A stretch of DNA of 64,000 bases, taken from positions 15,190,001 to 15,254,000 of the forward strand of contig OX597814.1 in assembly GCA_951406725.2 (NCBI GenBank). The letters run 5' to 3'. The notes under the pieces were generated by a model that was not told the DNA's origin, searched no databases, and was given only the letters and a program-made list of their open reading frames with translations. The stretch is from Octopus vulgaris. Taxonomy: Eukaryota. Both the position numbers and the translations under genes were made by a program. Shown here piece by piece: positions 13,247 to 28,792 of this stretch (position 1 is the stretch's first letter; the number at the start of each line of letters is the position of its first letter).

Positions 13247-15012
13247 TGTGTACAGTGCTCAGGTGCACTACAACTCATCTAAAGTGTATATATAATCAGG
13301 TGAAGTTTCGGCGGATTTCGGAAAGCATGAGGGCCTTAAAAGATGCAGTGTCATGGCAGTCAACAACTGACGCAGGCAGTTTATTCCATGCTTCAGCAAC
13401 TCTGAGCGTGAAAAAATGTTTCCGAAAGTCATGGGAGCTGTATTGTTTTCTGACTTTGTAGGCATGTCCACGTGTGTTAGACACATGGAGATCAAAAAGG
13501 TGTTCAGTGTTGTTGTTGGTGAGGTGGTTGATAACTTTGTGGGTGTTTACCAAGTCCGTCGCCAAACGCCGGAGCTTCAGTGAATCCATGCCCAGGGAAA
13601 CAAGGCGCTCAGAATATGGTAGGTGTCTGATGGAGGGTATGCGTTTGGTTGCACGTCTCTGGACAGATTCCAGGAGGTCAATGTTCTGTGCAAGATAGGG
13701 GTTCCAAACTGATGATGCGAATTCCAAGGTGTGGTCGTACCATAGCTGTATACAGTTTTAAATAGATGGCTGGAGAGCGGCTAACAAAAGACCTGCTGAG
13801 TGATGCCAAGACACCCTCGGCCTTCCTGACAATCTTAGAGATATGCTTTGACCAACGCAAATCACTGCTGACAGTGATGCCTAGGTCACGCTCGCAAGAG
13901 GATTTCTTGATATCAGTGTTGTGGAGGGAGTATGTGAACGCAGGGTTTTTTCTCCCAAAATGCATGGTGGTACACTTGTCCACAGCCAGTTTCAGTTGCC
14001 AGTCTGTGATCCATTGCTGCATTGTGTCTAGGTCTGATTGCAGGAAAGAGTTGTAGACATCAGGATCTGTCCTTTTGATTTCAAGGTACAGCTTGATGTC
14101 GTCTGCATATTTCAATACTGTGGCATTCTTTAAATTGGCATCTATGTCGTTAATGTATGCCACAAACAAGAGGGGGCCAAGGACAGATCCCTGTGGTACA
14201 CCCGATGACATCTCATATGGTGTAGAGTGCTGTCCTAGAACTGTGACTACCTCCTTTCGGCTGAGGATGAAGGATTTCAACCAGTTAAAAAGGTCATCCC
14301 CCACACCCATTGCAGAGAGTTTCACCATAAGCCTTTTGTGTGGCACAGAGTTGAAAGCCTTAGCAAAGTCAAGGTAGACAACATCCACCCATGAGCCACT
14401 GTCAGTAATCTGAGTAATGTCCTCAAGGAACTCGACAAGCTGGTCACTGCAGCTGGAGTTAGGGACAAATCCATATTGTGAGGGTCGGATGAGACTGTGA
14501 GAGCTCCAGAAGTTCCAGAGTGTTTCTCTGACACACGATTCCATCAGTTTTGCAATACAGCTAGTGAGACTGACTGGGCGATAGTTGACAGGTGATGTGC
14601 GGTCGCCCTTTTTGAACAGAGGAATGACACTGGCAGTTTTCCACTGCTCCGGAGTAGCACCATTGTTGAGACAGTACTGGAAGAAAATAGAAAGCTGGTG
14701 TAAAAGGAAGTGCCTGCCACGTTTGAGAAGCAGGTATGTAACTCCATCGAGACCAGGGGAGGCATAGTTGCGCTTATTTTGAAGGTGACGTCGCAGCATT
14801 GCAGGTGTAAATTCCATAGTTGTTATGGAGTTTGCTGTTAGTGATGGTGAAGATGGTACATTTTGACTTTCAACAGTGAATATGTTTGCATAGCACTCGG
14901 CAATGAGTTCTGCGCATTCCTTGGGGTCGTCAGTGATCTGGTTTGTGTGAGGGTTGCGAAGAGGGCCCACTGGAGAGTGAGGTCTCTGCTTTGAGTGCAC
15001 ATATTTCCAGAG
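13215..15012 (-). mobile_element. 5'-truncated CR1/L2-group LINE with reverse transcriptase (one frameshift near 13727) and (TTA)n tail
   Basis: ORF 13678-15000 has SPGLDG, WKTASVIPLFKKG, NYRPVSLTS, YLDFAKAF, SGVPQGSVLGPLLF and YADD. ORF 13296-13727 continues with the CR1-type C-terminus (LESVQRRATK, TRGHAYK, FFTLRVAEAWNKLP). A trinucleotide tail lies at 13215-13246. Confidence 0.95.
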
Positions 15013-15671
15013 TATCTTTATAAGAATTATAAGTATCTTTATAAGAATTCAAATCAATATGTTTCATATCTGTTTTGGGGGGAAAAAAAGAGTGATCGAC
15101 AAATTACTCACCATAAAATGTCTTTATGAGTCTTATCAAGAGAATCTAAACACAGTTGTCCTGCTACAGAAACCAGACAAATTTTTCTAAAATTTATACC
15201 CTGTAGACTTAGAATAAAAGAATTTGCTAGATATATCTTCGATATATTATGACTGCAAAAAATAACACGAGGTGGTCATATTTGGAGCGCCTTTTATTAG
15301 GGCTCTTATAGAATATCTGCATAGATTAGAAATACGATTCAAATTTTTCGATATATTTATATATTTCACTCATTAAAATTAAAATTGAATCGATCAAAAG
15401 ATATATAAATTTGTATACCTTTTATTATAATTTGCGTCCACAGCATTACATCTATTAACTCATTTTAAGTTCCATTGGTAGTTAATCTCATAAAATATTT
15501 AAGGGTGTCACTAATTCGTTGTTTGCATAGAATACTACTGAAAAAAATCTAGTAAAGCTATGCGCAAAGGTGTTACAGACAAAATGAAGCAAATGAATGT
15601 AGAAAAACAGAAAGGGTTCATGACTGAGGGGATGGTGAATAAGCTTAAAGATGTAATATAGTACAAGTGAC

Positions 15672-15756
<85 letters not shown>

Positions 15757-15939
15757 TCCTTCTTTCTTCAAATTTTCTTCCGTTTCTCGCCGAGTCTTTT
15801 CCGTACTCCTAGGGCAGAGAAGCTCATTGTATGTATTTCCAGATTACACACGCAAATTCACAGGTAAAACATGTATTGTAAAAAATAATAAATAAATAAA
15901 TTCATGAATGGATGCTGTTTTCACAGCGATTATGCTCTT

Positions 15940-16860
<921 letters not shown>

Positions 16861-17574
16861 TGTAGTAGTCGTCCAAGTTGTTGCTGTTGTTGTAGCAGTA
16901 GCAGTAGTTTTTGTAATAGTTTCCTGCGTCTTGAACAGTTTTAGTGAGTTTCGAGCTGTGGTTTGTTCAAAAGATAGGAGAATAGAACCAGCATCACAAA
17001 TATAAGGAAATGATATTTGTAAACATATGCGAATATGGCTGCTCATGTATTTTCATACCATATATTTTGATTCCAGCAAATTCTTAGAAATATGACACAC
17101 ATGCCCTTGTAATAAGAAGCATACGATACTTTCATTATTTACAGAGTTAAGTGTAGAAATAGACAAAAGCAACGACAAGTTGGTTACTGTAAATCCATAC
17201 ATGTATCGGACGACAATATATCTCTACAAGAAACGTAGAAATTATCAAAATATAAAGATCTGGAAATAGGGATAACCAGAATTTTGGAGACCGAGGTCAA
17301 GAAAAACGATAAATTTTGTATTCTCGGAAACGACTAAAATACTTATATAAAGAAATACTTAAACCCGCAAGACATATACACATGCAATGCCATGCATATT
17401 CTATGCTACCAAAATGAAATAGCTAAATAAAATGGCAAACAATTCAAACAATCGACAAACCGAATGTTTTTCTTCTTTTTTTGGGTCACAAAACAGGAAC
17501 AAAAATCCCCAGAAAGAATCGAGAACTCTTTGTCTGTAGGTAAGTACAAGAGAAATACACGGACATTTTTATTG

Positions 17575-17612
<38 letters not shown>

Positions 17613-17614
<2 letters not shown>

Positions 17615-17795
17615 GATAGATCGCTAGCCACTACATATTCCTTATCTTCTCTCCTTGTTTCTTTCTGTATTCCTTTGTGTGGAAGAGCGTAGGCTCGAAA
17701 TGTTAAAGACTCTTTCACTTACCAAGCGTTATACTAATACATCCGTTTATTGTCTATACCACCTGTCTTCGTCTTTCTTTTTGACAATTCTCCCC

Positions 17796-17796
<1 letters not shown>
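17613..17796 (+). mobile_element. Family H1 element, copy 2 (degenerate core)
   Basis: Same sequence family: CTTT GTGTGGA AGAGC GTAG GCTC GAAAT GTT AAAG. Lies between (CT)n and (TA)n. Confidence 0.75.
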
Positions 17797-17865
<69 letters not shown>

Positions 17866-19299
17866 TCTTTATCAGAACGTCATTTACCATTTTGGATGAA
17901 GTTTCTCTCTAGTGTTTGTAAGAGCTTTCGATCATCGTTTCAAAACACGTACAATGCTTTTCAAAATCTTTATACTTAGTAAAACTGTATGAGCTAATTT
18001 TCACAAAAACATTTTAAGATATATATATCTAATGTAGGATAAAATTTTTTGAAAAAAATTCTATCAATGGCCAGCATATTAAAAAAACCTTCAAAGGTTA
18101 AATTTATAAGCAATTTATAAGTAAGGGCAAGGGAAAACAAAATTCTTTTGCCCTTACTTATATATATGTATACATCGATATGCATGCCAATGCATTTGCG
18201 TGTCACTAAGTTACACATACTCTTTCTGATTTCTTTAATAAGGATAGGACAGCGAATGACTTATTACTAACAGCATAGAATTGTTAGGAACGAAGTATGT
18301 TCTTCATAAAACACCTTCCATTTAATAACATATCCCGAAAATATCATCCGAATGAAAGAAAATAATATTAGCTACAAAATCAGATGACATAAAAGGAGTG
18401 CACTCAACTAAAAGTTAAAAAGGATTTCTCATACGCAAATTAATTGCGAAGTCCATATGGATTATTGAGATGATATTTTGCAGCAGAGGAAAAACACTCT
18501 CATCATAGCTTTGAGAAAGCATTAAAAATTAGAAATGCAGGGGAATAATTTGTGAAATTCCGATAATTGCTCTGTTGAGTGATGATGAAAGAAATTTAAA
18601 ATTTCACATTTTTATAACAAAATGAACAAAACCCTAATAAAAATATGTGAGAAAGGAACGATTAAAGCGATTATTTCGAAATAAGGATTATGTATTATTA
18701 GATATCACTATCAATAATTTATTACTGTTTAACACGATTATTATCATTATTTATTTAAGCTATGATCTAGTGCGGACAATGATGGTGAATTTATTGAGCT
18801 TTGCTTGTCAAAGTTTTCCAACAATATGTGATCACAATTTTTAATTTTTGCAAGGAAGGGGTCCTTGATCATATCGTCTTCAGTTCCCTAACCCCCTAGA
18901 TGGACTAGCTGGTATGTATAATGCAGTAGACTTCGATTCAGAATGTACAAATTGTAATTAAATACCCTATAGTCTTTTATCTGATACTCTATCGATTCTG
19001 CTAACCTATCATATCATTTAAACGTATATGAATTTTTCCAATACTCTAAAACTAAGCTTTCAGAAATTTCATCAGACTTGCTTACAAATTTAATCTCATA
19101 AACATTACTTTGGAGCTCCACGGCCAGCATTGTGCGGCCATGTAAATAGAATCATGTCTATTTTAGTTAATTTCAGGCGCCTTGTAGCTTTTGTCCATGT
19201 TAGGATACCGGGAAAATTGCACCCCAGTTCACATGCCTGGGAAAGGTTTTTATCTTGTAGCCGGTGTTCCCCCAACTGATTAATATCAAACCCCGTTAC

Positions 19300-20100
19300 A
19301 GGTCCTTACAAGTGGTATCTAAAATACGTATGACAGAGTATTTAGATAATTTTCCAAAGTAATACCTCTCATGACCTTCCTCTAACTGTTGCTTCTCACT
19401 AACAAAGGGTACCACCCCTGTCGAAATAACAGATGTAACATCTCTAGAAACCCATTCGATCGCCTGATCATTCTTTTCTGTGCCAGAAGATACTCCAATA
19501 CCTAGCAATTGTAGTCAATCTGTAAAACGTACTTGAATACCACCACGGAGTATTACTTTAAAAACTCGGAGGGTGCCACTGCGCAATCATTCTTGACCGC
19601 ACCCAGAATAATGCAACTGAGTGGAGTAATGTCACTTCCAGATGTGCTCCAGCTTCTAATGCGTGGGACGTTGCCTCCTCTTGGCATTTCTCCGCTTCTA
19701 TAGTGGCCCCAGCACCACTGATTCGACTATCATTCAGTATTTTCCAAACTAGTCACCGTCCACCATTACATCATTTCTGTTGTGTCCAATCCTCCGGGCA
19801 TCGCAATAATCACTATACCCAAACATTTTCGAAAACATCAACAACTCCCTGGTATCCTTTTCTTGTTCCTATCTTTCCTGCAGATGATAAATTGCAAAGA
19901 TTCAGGAGAAGATACATTAATGGAATCAGCCTCGTCAGCATAAGAAAGCTTGCGAAGAACTGACATAAATCCTCTAACCAAACACAGCAAGTAAAAATAC
20001 AATGAAACCATAAAACAATGTATCCCCAAAATCTAGGAAGAACTCTTTCCCGTGTTCTGCAATCGATCATCTGGATGTTTTACATCACTGTTGCCCATGA
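19300..20100 (-). mobile_element. Highly decayed LINE reverse transcriptase remnant
   Basis: Fragmentary minus-strand motifs LSYADE (YADD-like), ESLQ and HERYY appear in LINE order, with many stops and frameshifts. Confidence 0.4.
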
Positions 20101-21063
20101 TTTTCAAGATCAGCAAAATACCATGATCATTAATGAGTATCCTAGTTTATTGTACAGAAGTCAAGATCTATAAATTATCGTCATTAAACTGTTCTTAATA
20201 TATCGTCTATGTTTGCATCATTATATCGAATTTAGCAACACTTCCTTATGATTTTCGCATGAAGCTTTCCTTATATTATAAATCTCCATCTGGTAGCCAT
20301 TATGCTATTTTTTAGCTATGCTCTTTTTGCGTATTCATAAATGCTTGCGTTACACAGATTTTTATGCATCTGAATCATACCTGAAATGAATAACCTTTTA
20401 ATTTTTCCCTGGCCGTAGCATATCTCGTTATATTCCTTCATCACCATATATCAATTTAAGTTGCTCCTTCTTTGTAGTCATACCTTCGTCCGTGCTTTCT
20501 AATTCCTTCACTAAAATCTGTTAATGTTTCATCACAATCAATTTTCCAGACTTAAAACGGCTAATTACTAATTTATAGTAACCTGGTGTGCAATAGTCAT
20601 AGCTTATTTGGTTTTCTGTTTTATTGTTTCGATTTTATTATACATAAATTAATTTTTTTATTCAAGAATTAAAAACCATAAAGCTATTACTAGTTCACAG
20701 GCTCGATAATTTTCACTAAATAATAATAAAATTCGATATTAATAGAATTTATTATTAATAAAAGTCATTACTCACATCGAAAGGTACGATCCACAAAGTT
20801 ATGTCTCTATACATTAATAATCATGAAATTTCTATGTTCATAATTTAATACTTTAATTGGTTATTTCTTCAATAATTATGAGGTAGTCATAATTATTGCT
20901 GTAATAACTTAATAGTTTAATTGTTTAAATGTTGAATAATCATTAAATTATATATTAAAAAAATACATGATTTAACGTTATAATATGAGTTAATATTGAT
21001 TAATTTAAAGTTTGAAGAGATTATCCTTTCCTATAATGGATCTAGATCACTTATTCATATATT

Positions 21064-21177
<114 letters not shown>

Positions 21178-21591
21178 ATATATTTCGCTCTATGATTTAA
21201 CACAACTAACCATAAAGCGCAATACATGGTACACTGATACTTATCTTCCATTGTATCAAACGAACATTAGTTGTTTTCGACAAGTATCTAATAACACGGC
21301 AATTAGGTGATCACCTTGTAGTCAACACAGATTAATCTCGGTAGATACATACATGTCGAGTCAAATGATCCCAGGATATAGATGTAAAGTAATAAAAACG
21401 GTTAAAGTTTACGCTTATTTCAAAACACCTTAGGATACAAAATTAGTGGATAGAATTGTGTACGGTAATGAAACTCGAGCCACTTATCTGCAGAATACAG
21501 TTTCACAATCTACATATACATACATAAGATACACATAACATACATACACCAACACTCACACACACACCAACACTCACACACACACACAAAT

Positions 21592-21630
<39 letters not shown>

Positions 21631-21840
21631 TGTATATATATGCATATTTTAAAATTATAAGTATATGAAAGAATGGAGTTGAACGACTAGTTAACAAATA
21701 TCCTTTATTCTCGACATTCTCTGATGTGAATTTGCTACCCAGGTATCGGTTATCTTTCGAATTATCCTTAATAAGATAATTCATTCAACTACTCAAATAT
21801 ATATATGCATATGTACATCATTTAAAATACTATGTATAAT

Positions 21841-23037
21841 GCATTCATTTTAGATAGTTTTAATATCTTTTATAGAAATATATATATAAATATTTTATGG
21901 ATGGTAAACATCTCATAAAATGTAGTGATATTCAACCGGTTTTCACTATTTAAATTAGCTTTTCAAGGGACATTGTGAAGTAACGATTCCTTGACACGCC
22001 GTTTCAGATTTCTTGAAAAGCAAGAATAAATGGAGAGAGTGGATAAAGGGTGGCAAGGGGGACAACTACCCCTTCAGCGTTATTGAATAGCAGTAAATAA
22101 ATTTGATTTTGAAAATGGTTGTAATAATTATGTTGAAAGGTGTTCGCATTGCTAGGGTTGCTATTGTGGGAGTATTGTTGTTTAGACGAATTGGTTGGGT
22201 TTATGTGGTATGGGTGTTTTTGTTTGGAATGAGTTATAGGGGCATTCAGTCCTGTATGGGGCGCTGTGAAGTTGTTTTGTTTTTGTCTGGGAGAGAGAGT
22301 TGAAGTTCCGAAGGTTGAATTCCTATGTTGAGGAGTAGGTAGGATCCCCTGTCTGTTTCTGTTTGTTGGAAGGAAAGAATTGAAATAATAATAATTATTA
22401 TTATTATTCCTAGTCCTTGGGTGGTTCTTACTGGTGTTTAACCTGCTCAAGTTGTAGTCACAATTATGTGGGCCAAACGCACCTTTCCTTGAGATGTAGA
22501 GTTACGCAGCTTAAAGAACAGATTAGTTTTCCTCAATACAGGCAGTTAGCTCCCAGCAAACATATTGATAGGTGTGCAAGAAATAAAACACCGAATTTCC
22601 ATATTTTTCAATTATACCAATGAAAAAAGATTCAGATTTTTTACAAGAAAGCCTAAACAAGGAAAATCTGTTCATACAAAAGTACAGACCACAACATAAT
22701 ATACAAACTTGACCACCTGATCCTTACATATTCCTGTTTCAAAATCAAATTTATTTACCACTATTCAATAATACTGAGGACGTAGTTGCCCCCTAACCAC
22801 CTATTGCCCCCCTTTATACATTATCTCCTTTCCACTTTACTTTTCAAGAAATCACAAACGGCGTGATTCCTTTGTGTCAAGGACTGATTACTTCACAATG
22901 TCCCTTGAAAAGCTAATTTAAATAGTGAAAGCCGGTTGGATATCATTACATTTTATGAGACTATTACCATCCATAAACTATGTATATGTATATATGTATA
23001 TTTATAAAAAGATATTAAAACTATGTGAAATAAATGC
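21841..23037 (+). mobile_element. Penelope-like element remnant: GIY-YIG endonuclease 3' end plus pseudo-LTR, with an inverted pLTR copy upstream
   Basis: ORF 22417-22623 reads YWCLTCSSCSHNYVGQTHLSLRCR...HIDRC (GIY-YIG with CxxC), followed by KENLFIQKYRPQHN. 21841-22114 is a diverged inverted copy of 22737-23037. A hammerhead-like motif lies at about 22898-22945. Inverted pLTRs are typical of PLE insertions. Confidence 0.8.
22898..22945 (+). ncRNA. Degenerate hammerhead motif (U3-A8 core) in the Penelope pLTR; inverted copy at about 21928-21974
   Basis: TGTCCC TTGAAAA GCTA atttaaa TAGT GAAA GCCGGTT GGATA. The inverted copy reads GAAAACCGGTT. Confidence 0.55.
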
Positions 23038-23149
23038 TATTTCTTCCCCTTTCTACATCATTTCTACATCATTTCTACATATTTTCACTTCATAATTAAT
23101 TTCGCACGTGGTGTATACTGATGCTCCAGCATTTTTGCTCCTTTGATAT

Positions 23150-23283
<134 letters not shown>

Positions 23284-23379
23284 CGTGTGCATGCGTGTAA
23301 GTATAATCCATACATACTGAAACAATTATGTGCAAGTTATTTACCCATCCGAAACTTTCATCGTTAATCACACTCTGTC

Positions 23380-25130
23380 TTAGATAAACTTAGATAACTT
23401 AGATATGTTTCGACCAAAGATTGGTCCAGGCCATGTCTAACTTAATAGCACCACCTGATAGGATTATTCGAATCCTGTTTAAGTCAAGTTTTGTTCAAGT
23501 AGTGAGTTCTTGTTGGGTGAGTTGTATCAAGTTTTGTTCAAGTAGTGAGTTCTTGTTGGGTGAGTTGTATCCAATTATGGGTGGCTTATCTGGTATTCTT
23601 TGAAGGAATCTATCCAGACTCCATTTAAAGTTGATGGGATCATTTTCCTCTTTGATCTCCCTCGGGACAATGTTAAATAGGGCAGGGCCTGTTGAGGAAA
23701 AGAAATTATGTTGCCGTGTACATGTATGTTGTGATCTTGAATTGGGCAGGTGACGTATGGCCCGTGGTCCCAGTCTTGGATGAACCTTGAAGCTAATGTT
23801 TAGGTCGTTTGGGCAAAGTTGGCGGTATATTCTCCACATCGTACAAATGATGTACCGCTCACGGCGACGCTGGAGGGAGTAAAGTTTCAAGGCTTTAAGG
23901 CGATCCCAATAATCGAGAGCAGCCATGTCTTCAATTCATTTAGTGAGTACCCTCTGGGGTGACTCAATTCTGGAGATGTTTTGTCTTGTATGGGGAGACC
24001 ACAGTGGGCAGCAGTATTCAAGGTGTGGCCGTACAAAGGAGGAGAAAAGTGGTATGATGACACCTTGTTCTCTGGACCGGAAAGTCCTTAAGATCCAGGA
24101 ACTCATCCTACGAGCTATATCGACCTTCTTGTTGATGTGTGAACTCCAACTGAGATCGTCATCAACAATTACACCCAGGTCTCTGATATTGTTAGAGGCT
24201 GTGAGCGGTTCCTCTGAAGGAAGAGAGTATGGTTGTTTTAGTGAGGAATTTCTTCCAAAATGCATCAGCTCAAATTTTTCCCTCATTCAGTTGCATTTTG
24301 TTTCTGTCTGCCCATTGACTCACAGCATATAGATCAGACTGGAGTTGAGTTCGGTCTGCTTCTTCATTGACGATTTGCTGGAGCTTAGTGTCATCAGCAA
24401 ATATTTTCACTTTGCAGTAATGTACGACACTGGAAAGGTCGTTTGTGTAAATTATGAAGAGTAGCGGACCCAAAACAGTTCCCTGGGGAACACCGCTGGT
24501 GACTTTTGCTGGGCTTGAGTGGACTCCATCAACTACAACATGTTGTGTTTTATTCGCCAGGAAATACTTAATCCAGTGTAGAACTTTTCCACGGATTCCA
24601 ACATTTGCCAATTTTGAGAGTAGGATATTATGGTCTACCCTGTCGAACGCTTTACTGAAGTCAAGATATATGACGTCAGAGTTCGAACCTGTTCCCAAGG
24701 CTTTGAGTACATCTTCAATGTGGTGTAAGAGCTGTGTTAGACAGTCCCTGCCACAGCGAATGCCATGCTGATTTGCATTTAGGAGTTTGTGGGTCTCTAG
24801 GAAGTCAGCTATCCTTGATCTTAACACTCTTTCATACACTTTAATGATGTGGGAGGTGAGTGAGATTGGGCAATAGTTGACTGCGAGGGATCTGTTTCCC
24901 TGTTTGAAAACTGGGACGACCGACTGGGATAAAACTGTTTCGGTATATAACCTGCGTCTAACGAATTTCTCCAGAGGTTGGTCAGAGGGACTGCAAGTTG
25001 GTGTCTACATTCCTTCAGGAGACTAGCGGGGAATCTATCAGGGCCTACAGCAGAGTAATATTTGACCTCATTTATTGCTGCTATATATCTTCCCTGTCTA
25101 TATATCTTCCCTCTCTATATACCTTCCCTG
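23380..25130 (-). mobile_element. Second, older 5'-truncated CR1/L2-group LINE (several frameshifts)
   Basis: Consecutive ORFs 24270-24839 (YLDFSKAFDRVDH, SGVPQGTVLGPLLF, FADD), 23936-24286 (VRPHLEYCCPLWSP) and 23495-23926 (LYSLQRRRERY). A short tandem TAGATAA(A)CT tail lies near 23380-23405. Confidence 0.93.
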
Positions 25131-26025
25131 CTCATCTTTGATATTTGAATTATGTTTGTCATTAAATATTTATAATACAGACATATAACATTATGTTTTA
25201 TTAAGTGCCGTACAAAGTGACACACACATATATATATCTTATTACTTTTCCTAACATTGTAAATTCTCTTTGCTGATTGTTTTCTCTCATTCAAACTTAT
25301 TGTCTGTGTATTTATATTATGAATTGTTTCCCTATCTGTTTGTTTGTGTGTCGTGTGTGTGTCTATATATACAAATAAGTCATCACTCCCACAAAGAATG
25401 AGTTATTCAGTCGTATATTTCCATCAAATTCTCTATCTTAAACGCATAAACAATACCAATATAGAAATTTTTGAAAAACAGTTGAACACGTCTCGACTGT
25501 AAATATTATTTTTAACCTGAATTACGTATAGACATTTTATTCAAAAATTGAACTACAGAAACGAATCTACTATTTTTTTTATGAAATAACAATCATTTAA
25601 TAAATTATAAAAAAATATTTTTGCTTAAAATAAACTGACAATTTTATTTACCGAATATATCGAGACAATTATATGGCAAGGTAAAACATTATATAGTTAT
25701 AAATACGAAACCACTTTTCTTCCCAAATGTAAACATTTATGTTAACTCAATATTGCATTAATTCTGTTATGAATATCTATCATTATATCTCGATTATTTT
25801 GTTTACATATACTGCTTACAGTTACTAGAATTTCTTCTATTCTAAGTATCCTTCTATCGACAATATTACACATCAATTTTTTTCCTTCGGTATTTGTTTG
25901 TTTGCTTCATTGAATAAACATGCTCTCTGATACGTCAGAAATTACTGAAGTTAGGAGGTAAACATATTTTAGATAAATGTTTACGAAGACAATTTGGTGT
26001 TTCGTTTTGAATATATATATAATTT

Positions 26026-26049
26026 ACAACAACAACCACAACAACAAAA

Positions 26050-26133
<84 letters not shown>
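26026..26133. repeat. (CAA)n/(CTA)n microsatellite
   Basis: Directly visible. Confidence 0.95.
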
Positions 26134-26134
<1 letters not shown>

Positions 26135-27859
26135 TTACTGCAAATATATATGATATATACGTTGCGATTATGGTTACATGGAAAATGCCAAACAGATATT
26201 GCCCACCTGATAAAAATGTTCCTGTTTTCATTCGTTTACTTCTTGGTTCGTTAATTACCCGAGTCGATAGAGCGTTAGATATCAAACTTTTGGTAGTTAG
26301 TTACGTACTGAGTTCAAGCCTCACAGGAGCAGATATTCCCTTGCTTCAATTCGAAAGTGATAATACAAGTGCCAGTCAAACGCTGAAGAGACATATTTTG
26401 ATGCACACTCTCCCTGGAAATATGGAGACTTGAATGCTTGAAATTAAATATTGCATTAAATAGGCAAAGGTAAATATTCTCTCAAGTATTTTTTTTAGAC
26501 TATCTAACAGAAATGTTGTGTAAATATCAATAGAAAATAATCTTGTTGTTTATCTTTTCACGGCTATTTTACCTTCATAAAAAAAGTTAATAGGTTTAAA
26601 TTCCCTGTTGGGAGTTAACTCTCAATACGAAACATTAAATAAGCATCATTTGCATTTTGTGAAATTAGAAACTGCTATTGAGACTGTAATATTATGTACC
26701 TCATGTCCAGGTATTAGGTTCAACAACGATCAGGAGGTGTTATAGCTACGTCAGACAAGTTTTGCAGCTGGGATCGTTAATCGATACAATATAAACAATC
26801 TTCTTACTGGAGGCGTTGTATTTATTCGACCGTGGCAGACGTGTCTGAGCTGTCAACGAGCCATCAACGCCGATAATTTCTTTCCTCGATGTGCATACTT
26901 ATACAGTATTCTCTAAGTAAACAACCCTTCTTTCAGGTTAATCCAGGACATCTACTGGAAAAATTCGCTTCATAATTACTCTGCTTTCAATTCGATCCTA
27001 CTGCTTCTCGTCTCTTGGGAAAGCCTTTTACCAGATTTCCCAAGCACACCCACTAAATTCGAGTAAGAGATCTGTACGATGGATTAAATTTGGTATTTGG
27101 TATGATCGTTAATCTTTTGCTTGATTTAGGAGCTCCACTGGCTACTGAGGATATTCAACTAAGTCCGCTAATTGTCAATATGCTGACTAAGTCTTCAGTC
27201 TAAAGTTTCATATTCTATGATATTGATTGTTTGGGCGGTCAATGTGAACTCAGCCACCAGATTAGAGAAGATCAACTTCGAGCATTAACCCTCACTATCG
27301 GTGACTGCCTGCCACGAGGGTAAGACTAAGGGGGTCAACTGTGATAGTTGACAGATTCGGACAAAAGCATGCGGCCTACCGCCTCTTTCCAAAGAGGACA
27401 AAGAAAAGAGAAAACAAACCACCGAACAGCGGTTGTATCTGTGGCCACAGAATTTCATCCACAGGACTAGGCTATTAATTAATTAATTAGTGACTTAATT
27501 AATTCGGATGATTTGTTGCTGTGGCTATAATGATTTTTTGAATTTATATACTGTCTTTCACACAATACCTTACCTTTTATATATTTAACATATTCTGTAG
27601 TTAAACTACTTTGTGGATATATTTTTAATTCGTATTATGGCATAGAGTATGACCTTCTAGATACACTCCGAAACAGATGAGTAGATGAGAACTAAGTATC
27701 CTGCATACTGTTATTGATCCAAGTATAAATAAAATACAATGTCAAAACTACATTCTCGGTGTCTTTAAATGGTCATTTATCTAAAATACATGCACTTATT
27801 GGCACTTATTGCTAAGAGTTGCTTTCATACAAAACGCATGCAACTCTCAATGCTCAAGT

Positions 27860-28300
27860 CTATTTGAAGTAACCGTGGATGAAAAAAAGACACGCTTTAG
27901 TGAATCGAAAAGTAGTGATGTTTCATCAGGACAATGCGTTACTCCACACTGCAAAGATCACATCACAGAAGATCGAAGAGCCGGATTGGGAAAAAATTAC
28001 TCATCCATCTTATTCTCCCGACCTTGCTCCTTCGAACTACCATTTGTTTCGTAGTTTACAGAATCATTTGGAGGACATAACTTTCGCAAGCCTGGAGGAG
28101 GTCGAAACTGACATTTCAGAGTTCTTCGCTTTGAAACCAAGAGTTTTACGTTGATGGGATTAAAATGCTTGTAAATAAATGGAAGGAAGTCATAGATAAT
28201 CAGGGAAAGCACATTGATGATTAAATTTCATTTAATTATAATATTTGATCACTTGTTTTCTTTTCTTCAAAATTCGGACAGAAATTATGGGATGACCCGA
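27860..28300 (+). mobile_element. Mariner transposase 3' fragment
   Basis: FHQDNALLH and HPSYSPDLAPSNYHLF motifs, with a TIR-like end ...AAATTATGGGATGACCCGAT. Confidence 0.88.
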
Positions 28301-28574
28301 TGAATAAATGCTCATTAAATACTGTCAGATGCGATAGCGTCAAAAAAATTAATTACTAAATTCATCATTAAATTTTATTGCCTTTTAATTGCAGTGTATG
28401 TGTTAAGTTTAATTAAGATATGTTTCTGAAAGCTTAATGTCGTTTAGAAATAATTGATAGTTATTTATCGATATCACAATAAGGAACAAAGACGGTATTT
28501 ATGGCGGAAGATAATGAGCTGAATATTTACAGTTCTATGGAGGTGAAGAGAACGTTGATACTTAATATTAGTTT

Positions 28575-28792
28575 CAAATTTTGGCACAAGGTATGCAATG
28601 TCTAAGGAAGGAGGAAGTAAGTCGATCACATTATATCCATTGCTCAACTGGTTCTTATTTTATCGAACTCGAAAGTACGCAATGTAAAATCGACCTCGGC
28701 AGAATTTAAACCCAGACGTAAAGACAGTAGATATCGCAAAGCATTTTGCCGGGTGTAAATACTGCTAAGCATTTTGCCAGCTCGTTGCCTTA
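28575..28792 (-). mobile_element. Old SINE family B-related copy (others at about 29125-29330, 30340-30520, 43080-43200, 52760-52975)
   Basis: TCGACCTCGGCAGAATTT(G/A)AAC and CTAAGCATTTTGCC motifs are shared with family B. Confidence 0.65.
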
